DNA of 62,313 nt, the filler included, from Hausera hauseri (taxonomy: Eukaryota), in NCBI GenBank assembly GCA_046269625.1. It is 12 parts of 12 records of this genome, joined end to end, with 100 filler letters (N's around TTAATTAATTAA, not from the genome) between each part and the next. Parts side by side here need not be neighbours in the genome. Positions count along the whole stretch, not along the records: positions 52,631 to 57,536 come from JBJURY010395923.1; positions 57,637 to 62,313 come from JBJURY010479243.1; 10 more parts are not named here. One strand, given 5' to 3'. The translations under genes were made by a program, and so were the position numbers. The notes beneath the pieces are model-generated. The model ran no database searches. It was given only the letters and a program-made list of their open reading frames with translations, and had not been told where the DNA came from. Shown piece by piece: positions 54,830-62,313 of the stretch. Each line of letters opens with the position of its first letter. Within the stretch, counting starts at the first letter, position 1.

Positions 54830-56063
54830 ATTTCGAGCCATATCAATTGCATCTTTCTGTTCATTGAATATCACCTTCTTCGACTTGGTTTTGAAGTCAC
54901 ACAGATGACTTTTATGATTTTCGTAAAACTCTGTACTCTGCTCCGCTCACAATCTCACATGTTGGACAAATAAAAAATTCGAGTCGGTTATACATGTGCC
55001 CATAATAACGCTTCATTATTTCATGGCAGTTCTGCGAATAATGTTCACTCAATGTACCGTTTGCGAAGAAATCACACTTTAAAATCGTTTGTGGAGCATA
55101 AGACATACTCGGGTTATTCTTAATAAATATTCCTTTTTAAACGTGCTAAATGAACTGAGATTATTCTTATGGATACCATAGAATTCTTAATAGCTGGTTC
55201 TGCTATTTGTCTCACATGTCAGACATAAAATATTCACATCTGTTGAAATTGTGACTGTGATATTGCTTCATTTTATTATGGTAATTCTGTCCATCATGAA
55301 TGCCCTCCAAACATTTTTTATAGAAATTAAAACTCTAAAATAGGTGCAGTTAATGTAGGAGAGCATAATTAAAAACTCACTATTTGTCGTAAGGATTTCT
55401 GAAATAATGACATTTATACAAACTTGAATCTACAAAATCTATATATGTCAATTTAAATTTCCAACTTTTTATCGATGTTCGAATATTCCACTTTTCCAAT
55501 ACTCGACTCGTGAACTTTTTTCGAATATCTAACGTCATATTCTGATTTCTCATATATACTTTCCTATCTGCTCCCTCTTAAAGATTTTACGATTTCAGCG
55601 TGCTTCACCTTAAAATTCACGTATGTATTTTCAGTAAATTAAAACAAATAAGTACAGCTGAATTTTATAATGTTAATTTAATGGGCATCGATGTATTGTG
55701 CAACGCTCATTATGTTGCCCGTGAAGTTGACCTATATGGGGAATCCAGTAGAATGATCAGGTGCTCCGAATGACACGCGATTCACCGAGTTTTCGAGTTT
55801 GACTCGATCATTACTCGACTTGTGAATATGTTTTTGAACATCTAATCCCGTATTCTGACTACTCAAATATAGATTTCTATATACTGCGTATAAATATTCT
55901 CCAATTTCTGCTTTCTTGGAGCAGAAAAAATATTTAGGTTCGGCCTCATCAACTATAATTCGCTATTATTTGAATACCAATCTACCAATTTAAAAATGGT
56001 TTGTACAGTTAAAAAGAAGACACTTTGTTCGATCAATATGACTTGTATTTAAATTATAATCTT
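54830..56063 (-). mobile_element. 5' remnant of pPolB family A (arm, Inr, 46-nt intron, two Cys/His repeats)
   Basis: tcattatttc; ATA|gtgagt..ttttag (55380-55335); SFNFYKKCLEGIHDGQNYHN; QNCHEIMKRYYGHMYNRLEFFICPTCE; TKSKKVIFNEQ. All match 43440-43960. Confidence 0.8.
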
Positions 56064-56581
56064 AGTAGTAGGAAGGGAGCGCACCAGATCAACCCCCACC
56101 CCAGGGAAAGAGAAAAGAAGTGCTTCATATATGGGTCATGGGGTAGAAAAAATGATACACACATACACGGTTAATAGGGCGAAGATAGAATACACAGTTA
56201 TGAAAGTGATACACACAATCACACGTACTGTATGCATTCAGAGTGGTTCAAAAAACTTGAATTTTGCACGAAAAAAATTGTTTTAATTTTCGTGTAATGT
56301 GATTTTTTGTTTTAATTTTGGTTTTGGTGTAATGTGATTGGTCAGTTTGTTTAAATTTTATCAGTGAACAAAGCATTTTTTGATCTAATCGTGTTTTCAC
56401 TATTCCCACCCCACTTTGTTTAAATTTCTAGAAATACCGCTGTGTAAGTGTCACTTATGAAAATGTTTCAACCAGATATCTTGGCATCATTCAAGGCTTT
56501 TTCTGGTGTAGAATATTTTAATATAGTTGAAAAGTTGTGTACATTTCAAGAACATACAAAAGAAAAGAATGAAGTCCAAGT

Positions 56582-56725
56582 TCATATGTTTGCTATGTAA
56601 ACAGTAGCGTAGATACGGTATTCCTAATGTGTGATCATCTGGCTGTGTGTAACAAATGTTCTAACGTAGCGCTACGTCCGGAGTGTAAAAGCGCTATGAC
56701 TGAAAGTGTACATATTTACTATTAA
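56582..56725 (+). pseudogene. IAP-type RING finger, degenerate
   Basis: SYVCYVNSSVDTVFLMCDHLAVCNKCSNVALRPECKSAMTESVHIYY*. AATAAA overlaps the stop. Two Cys ligands are mutated. Confidence 0.65.
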
Positions 56726-56773
56726 TAAAAAGAAATAAGAAAAAGCTTTTATTTTTATAACAAATATTTACAA

Positions 56774-57536
56774 TCAAATAGAATAATGTCCGTATGCGAC
56801 ACTTTTATTTTCCTGGATTCACTGGCGTTTGTCGTCGAACGGGTCCAACGCCTTTTCTCTCGATTGGATTGTCAGTATTTGGTGGTTTTTGGTCCAAATT
56901 TGCTCCTGATCCACCATGGCGCTACAACCGGTTTCTTATGTTTGTACGTAGTTGCTAAACTGTAAGTCAGTCTATCTGAGGTTGATCCCTTTGCATTTGA
57001 GGACTGATTTGCTTTGGATTTAAAGTGCATATGATTTCGGCCGTAGGAAAATGCCCTCTTGATAATCGACACAGCCTTTCTCTCATTCTTAAATTTCCCT
57101 ATTACAGAAACAAAACGAGTTGAGTACAGCGGATCACTTTTATCATAGTTCGACGTGTCCAACTGTTTATTAGCTATCATAGCCGGCAAGAGCTGTGTTC
57201 GCAAGTTAACACCATGACATGTGATGAAGAAACTGTCTCTGTCACCGGCAATAATATTAAGGTCACAAATAAACTGTTGCCTATAAGTCTCCAACTCGAT
57301 ATAATTCAGCTCATACATCCGTAACTTGGAAAGATGAAGTACAGCCTGACCAATGTATGCGGGCCCACCTAATGTAACCGTGTTTTTATTAAGAAGAACA
57401 GCAACCAGATCATCGACTATAATAATACTTTCTTTAAACTGTGCCTTGCTAGCATAAGTAATATGCTTTTAATATTATTACAGTATCATGTTTGACCTAT
57501 TTAGCAAATTTTCAAATGTTTTGCCGTATAAGCTGT
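56774..57536 (-). pseudogene. pPolB C-terminal part (family B)
   Basis: SLYGKTFEN, PAYIGQAVLHLSKLRMYE, GDRDSF, LDTSNY..IGKFKNE, FLRPKSY, FDDKR..AYGHYSI*. Confidence 0.88.
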
Positions 57537-58388
57537 NNNNNNNNNNNNNNNNNNNNNNNNNNNNNNNNNNNNNNNNNNNNTTAATTAATTAANNNNNNNN
57601 NNNNNNNNNNNNNNNNNNNNNNNNNNNNNNNNNNNNAGGGGCCGCTCCTGCCGCTCCAGGGGGATGAGAGTGAGAGACTGCATCCAGCTGGGGCTGCCCT
57701 GGGGGTCTCAGCAGCCCCTCTCCAGCCGTTTTGCAGCGGGAGAGGATTATTGCCAAAAAGGTCTTTAAATCAGCCAGGGGCGGGCTCTGCTGTTTCAGGC
57801 TGATACCTCTATTTGAGAGCAAGGGATCCATGCAGCTGGAGCTGCCCTGAGCACATCAGCAGGCTTTCTGCAGCCGTTTTAAAGCTGCAAGTTTTTGGGT
57901 GTTTTTTTGCTAAAAATGCATGGAAATAGAACCAGAGCGGGTTCTGCCACTGCAGGGGGCAGACAGGGAGCCCCCCCAAGCAGCACAGCCGAAAAAAGCA
58001 CTCAAAAAGCTGTTCTGGGGGCTTTAAAACACATTTATAAAAACACCTGTCAGCCACAGCAAAGGCGGACCACACCATCGGCGGATGAGAGTCATCTTAA
58101 TGGCGAGAGCATCCTTCCGGGTGCACCTGCCGCTCCAGCATCTCTTCCTGCAGCAGCGGGAAAGAGAATCTTGCTCTGCGGCCTTGTTAGGCTCCTAGCT
58201 CCGGCTCTAATAGCCTGATGCATGCATGCTTGGTACCGTTGGAAAGCTCTTGAGCTCCCCTACAATCTGATAGGGGTCTGGGGCCCATGAGGCTTCGGCC
58301 GCGGGAGATATGAGCAAAAAACCGGCCGGGCGGGAGTTATTTTGCTGAAAATGGAAATAAACACAACACATAACTTAATTTAACCTTT

Positions 58389-60126
58389 TTATTGATCTGG
58401 CTGTGGCCTGTTGGCCGTCTCAAGCATGTCACGCACATCTCTAGCCTGATCTGCCGTCATGTGTAGGGCGTAGAACCGGTCCGCCGTGGAAGTGTCATGG
58501 CACATGAATCTGGCCAGTTTATGCCGGGTGTCCGGACAGTGGTGGTTCCTGGTATGGGTTGCGACCGCAGTGCGGAAGTCAGTAAATGTGGGGCTGCCAG
58601 ACAGGCCCATTTCAAACCAAGCCACCTGGAGAAACCGTAGCAGCAGCGTGCCGTTAGTCGGGCTCCCGGTTGTGAAGAACCGGTCGTCTTTGGGTTCCAG
58701 CGCCGACCTCAGGTGCATCCACCGCTCGAACCATGCAAATTCATCTCTTGTTAGGTAGATCTGTGCCATCCCGAAGGCACGTCTGGTCTTGTGGTTCTTG
58801 ATCTGCTGGAGGAAACGAGCAGGGTCAGGAAAGGTATTGGTGGAGTAACAGCCATGGTGGAGTAACAGCCATGGTGTGTGGGTGTACTCACGTTGATGAC
58901 GAAGCCGGTAGAGCTGTCCTGAACAGCAGCAGTCCGCTTGGCCTTCTCGACCTCACCCACGGTCATGTTGGCCAGCACGCCGGTTCTGTGGCCGTAGATT
59001 GATGACAAGAAGGCGGCCAAGTAACCGTAGAACCGGTATCTCAGATCCGGATCCTCGCCCTGGTCTTCATCATCATCGTCGTTGTCCTCTTCCCCGTTCT
59101 CCATCAGGTCTGTGGGGGGAAGAGAGCACAGGTGAAGCATAGAGTCAGATGAGTGCAGTGGAGCTCTGCTGCGGATCTCTTACCCAGTAGCTCGGGGATC
59201 TTGCTGCGGGCCTTCTCCCTGCAGGTGGTGAGGTCCTCCACCGTGAGGGCCCGGTCGACCTTGGCCTCCTTCACCCGGATCTGGTGCATGATGACATCCG
59301 AGCCCAGGTCCCGGAGGCAGCTCTTAAGTGCCCTGGCAGCGCCGGTCTGCTGGGCCTTGGTGAGGCGACACCCGGGCGGTGGTGTCTCCCTTAGGTAAAG
59401 CAAGAACTGATGCACGTTTTTCAGGTACATATTTACTGTTGTGATGGCAATATTATCCTCAGTCAGCTGTGTGGGCCACCTCTGTATCTGGTCCACGTTA
59501 TCCAGGAAGAGCCAGGTTCCCAGCTCTCCCTGTCCTTCGGCCATGAACTGAAGAAAGGCCCTTATCCGGTTGGTCTTGGACCGCGTGTTTTCCCTCAGCT
59601 TACGGTTCGGCCGAGCGCCCGTGTGAAACCTGTGGAACCCGTCCAAGAACGAGAGCACCGAGTCCGGCAGAGGTGGACCGGGCCCGTCTCGGCGTCTGAT
59701 CATGTCCCGGGGCTCTCTGCAGCTCCCTGGGCCCGCATCTACTTCATTTTCCCCCTCGGCCGCCGGGTCCGCGGTTGGCCCGCCGGCCGCCTCTTTGAGG
59801 TTCGAGACGACCGGCGCACCGCCTGCGGTCTCCCCGATGGCCCTTATCATTTCAGCAGTCACATTTATCCTCACCCGCTGGAGCTCCGCCGCTCTCTCGG
59901 TCTCCGAAAGCTCCACATGTCCTTGAAGCAGGTGTTTGTCCAGCCGGCCCCGGTTGTAGTCGCATCCCTGGATGTGGCATGGACGTTTACGCACATTGAC
60001 TCTACCGCTGGCCAGGCCGAGAAGAAGCCTCCTCTCCTCCAGATTTTCAACCGCATGAGTACGCTTTAAATGGCTCGACATTGCAGCAAACAGCCGGTGA
60101 CAGAGCGGGCATACATCTTTATCCAT
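58389..60126 (-). CDS. Tyrosine recombinase with two N-terminal C2H2-like zinc fingers; coding exons 60126-59184, 59109-58892, 58802-58389 (524 aa)
   Basis: GT-AG introns join three ORFs in frame (943+218+414 = 1575 nt). CPLC..HLKRTH and CHIQGC..HLLQGH; catalytic GHR, HKT, TDFR, MCHD, RFY. AATAAA overlaps the stop and a GT-rich tract follows. Confidence 0.88.
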
Positions 60127-60310
60127 CTGCCCACAAACACACACACATAATATGGATTGCAATTTAACAAAATATCTCACTTAGAACCACAAAACAAGGA
60201 GCAACTTACCTTCTCACAACACGATGATCAAAATGTTTGTTAGGGCTGGGCCAGAGTCGCACTTATATAGGTCATGTCCGGGGTGTGGCCGGAAATATGA
60301 GCCAATGCAG
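60127..60310 (-). promoter_or_regulatory. Pol II promoter, non-coding first exon and 83-nt 5'UTR intron (60209-60127) of the YR gene
   Basis: TATATAA near 60263-60269, GGGTGTGG (KLF/Sp) box, CCGGAA (ETS) and CCAAT at 60302; donor AAG|gtaagt; acceptor ggcag|ATG. Confidence 0.7.
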
Positions 60311-60488
60311 GCAAAGCCCTAACTCCAGCCCGAGCCATGGGCCGATGCAGGCAGGAGCCTAACTCCAGCCCGAGCCATGGGCCGATGCAGGCAAAGCCCT
60401 AACTCCAGCCCGAGCCATGGGCCGATGCAGGCAAAAAACCTAACTCCAGCCAATGTGATAGGCCAATGCAGGCAGAAACCCTAACCCC
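60301..60488. repeat. 40-bp tandem repeat, about 4.7 copies
   Basis: gcc(a/g)atgcaggcaaagccctaactccagcccgagccatgg at 60301, 60341, 60381, 60421 and 60462. Confidence 0.95.
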
Positions 60489-60726
60489 TAGTAGAACCAA
60501 GTGGTTTTTTACCTGTTTTGGCCAGGTAAATCTACCAGAATTGGCCCTTGTAAAAAAATAAAAATAAATAATAAATAATTGTTTTAGACCCAGGTCTTAA
60601 ATGGGGCCTGAGTCTGAGTCCAGTCCGGATCAGGTGCACCTCAGCCGGGGCTGCATAACCAGTACCTGGGGCCCCCGGGTCTAACTTAGACTCAGAACCA
60701 CTGCTGGGCTTGTGGAACCCCATACC

Positions 60727-61190
60727 GGGTCTCTGGGACCAGTCTCTGCACCCCCCAGGGAGCCGGACCTGCTCCCGGGCCTCTGGGACCAGTCTCTAGA
60801 CCCCCCAGGTCTGGGCTAGACCCAGAACCGCTCCCGGGCCTGTAGAAGCAGTCTCTAGACCCACCAGGTCTGACCTAGACCCAGAACCGCTCCCGGGCCT
60901 CTAGGACACAGTCTCTAGACCCACCAGGTCTGGGCTAGACCCAGAACCACTCCCGAGCCTGTAGAAGCAGTCTCTAGACCCACCAGGTCTGACCTAGACC
61001 CAGAACCACTCCCGAGCCTGTAGAAGCAGTCTCTAGACCCACCAGGTCTGACCTAGACCCAGAACCGCTCCCGGGCCTGTAGGACACAGTCTCTAGACCC
61101 ACCAGGTCTGGGCTAGACCCAGAACCGCTCCCGGGCCTGTAGAAGCAGTCTCTAGACCCACCAGGTCTAGCCTGGACCCAGAACCAGCTG
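60727..61190. repeat. 59/60-bp minisatellite, about 8 copies
   Basis: gtctctagacccaccaggtctg..ctagacccagaacc.ctccc..gcct at 60792, 60851, 60911, 60970, 61029, 61089 and 61148, plus a degenerate first copy. Confidence 0.95.
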
Positions 61191-61794
61191 TTTCTCACAG
61201 CTGGAGCTGCATTAACTGGCTCTGGGCTGGACTCAGAGCCAAATCCCGGTCCGGACCACGGCCCTGCTGGTCCAGGGGAGTCTGGACTAGCCCCCCAGGG
61301 CTGGACCAGGTCCAAAACCCGGTCTGGCTAGCCCTCAGGATCGCGGAGCCGCAACAGACAGGAGCCGCTCCTTTTTTACTTTCTCTCTTTTCCGGCCCGT
61401 TTCGCGATCCAGATTTAAACTTCAAACGCTAATAGCTCCGGCTGTGAGCGGCACATCCGGGCAAGTGAGACAAGCCTGGAAAGCTACGGGCCTCCTCTAC
61501 AAGCTGGAAGTGGTTGGGGGCTCCTGGGGCCTTCCCCCGGGGAGCTACGGACCGAAATCGCCCGCCAAACCGGCCTTCGGCGGGCGATAGGCAGCCGAAA
61601 AGGTCCGGGACCTCCTGCGCGGGCTACGAGCGGCCTAGCCGGGCCTGGGTGGGCTCGTTGGAAAGCTGCGGGCCTACCCTACAATCTGGGAGTGGTTCCG
61701 TGCTCCGGAGGCTTCGACCGCGCGAGATATAAGCGGAAAACCGGCCCGGTGTGGCTCTGGGAGGCGGGGGGCGGGCGGCAGGGGGACCGGGGTG

Positions 61795-62220
61795 GCCTGG
61801 GCCTCTTCAGGGGCCAGAGATAGCAGGATCCTGGGTGTTGAATCCCCCCCCAGGGGCTCAGCACCGACCTTTATAGAGCCGTGCAGCCGGCTGCGGAGGG
61901 GGGCCCGAATTTTGCCCTAAACGGAGGAATTTCGGCACGGGCCTTGGTGGGCCTCCTCAGGGGCCTCAGGGGGCCAGATCCTGTCGGTTGAATCCCCCCC
62001 CAGGGGGCCGGAACATGCTCTCCATCCGAGGTGTCGGGTCCTGCTGGGGGGGGTGTGATTTTGCCCTAAACGGAGGAATTTCGGCTCGGGCCTCGCTGGG
62101 CCTCCTCAGGGGCCAGAGATAGCAGGATCCTGGGTGTTGAATCCCCCCCCAGGGGCTCAGCACCGACTGTCCCACCGCCATGTAGCTGGCTGCAGTGGGG
62201 GGGCCGAATTTTGCCAAAAA
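61795..62220. repeat. About 150-bp degenerate repeat x3
   Basis: gggcctc.tcaggggcc..gatcctg..gttgaatccccccc.agggg recurs at about 61799, 61949 and 62098. ttttgccctaaacggaggaatttcggc occurs twice. Confidence 0.85.
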
Positions 62221-62313
62221 TGAATAAAATTCAGCCAGGGGCCGCTCCTGCCGCTCCAGGGGGATGAGAGTGAGAGACTGCATCCAGCTGGGGCTGCCCT
62301 GGGGGTCTCAGCA

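Larger units (their letters stand above)
56064..57536. mobile_element. End of a Maverick/Polinton (family B): AGTAGT terminus, RING gene and pPolB C-terminus
   Basis: AGTAGTAG at 56064 lies exactly where homology to the family A arm stops. AGT-repeat termini are typical of Polintons. Confidence 0.7.
57637..62313. mobile_element. 4,600-bp circular or tandem tyrosine-recombinase element (Crypton-like), GC-rich
   Basis: 57637-57713 is identical to 62237-62313 (77 bp). It carries one YR gene and no RT or DDE transposase. Confidence 0.8.

Noticed and set aside
56774-60126. pPolB next to a tyrosine recombinase, as in a Polinton-like virus or pipolin
   Set aside because: They lie on different contigs separated by a linker and differ sharply in GC content. 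There is no physical linkage.
60727-61190. CRISPR-like array
   Set aside because: The units are contiguous near-identical tandem repeats with no unique spacers, and there are no cas genes. The same applies to 60301-60488 and 41649-41965.
60974-62283. G/S/P-rich ORFs in contig 12 as extra genes
   Set aside because: They arise from GC-rich tandem repeats that lack stops. No domain or promoter support.

Overview
This is not one locus. It is 12 short contigs (about 4-6 kb each) joined by an artificial 100-bp linker (44 N + TTAATTAATTAA + 44 N). Contigs 1-11 are AT-rich animal DNA, most likely from a triclad planarian: they carry a SMEDWI-1/2-type Piwi fragment and a flatworm-type glucose transporter, both recognised from memory rather than by search. 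They are a patchwork of decayed Ty3/Gypsy LTR retrotransposons (mostly CsRn1-like, with a CHCC Gag knuckle), mariner, Tc1 and hAT DNA transposons, two families of protein-primed PolB (Maverick/Polinton-type) elements, and truncated host gene fragments (RADIL-like, ULK1/Atg1, GLUT, Piwi). Contig 12 (57637-62313) is GC-rich, looks vertebrate or teleost-like, and begins and ends with the same 77 bp, so it is a 4,600-bp circular or head-to-tail unit. It holds one apparently intact, three-intron gene for a 524-aa zinc-finger tyrosine recombinase, with a Pol II promoter, minisatellites and directly repeated GAAAG-N13-CTACAA sites on both sides of the gene. This is the strongest candidate for an unusual or undescribed system. 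No rRNA, tRNA or CRISPR was recognised.
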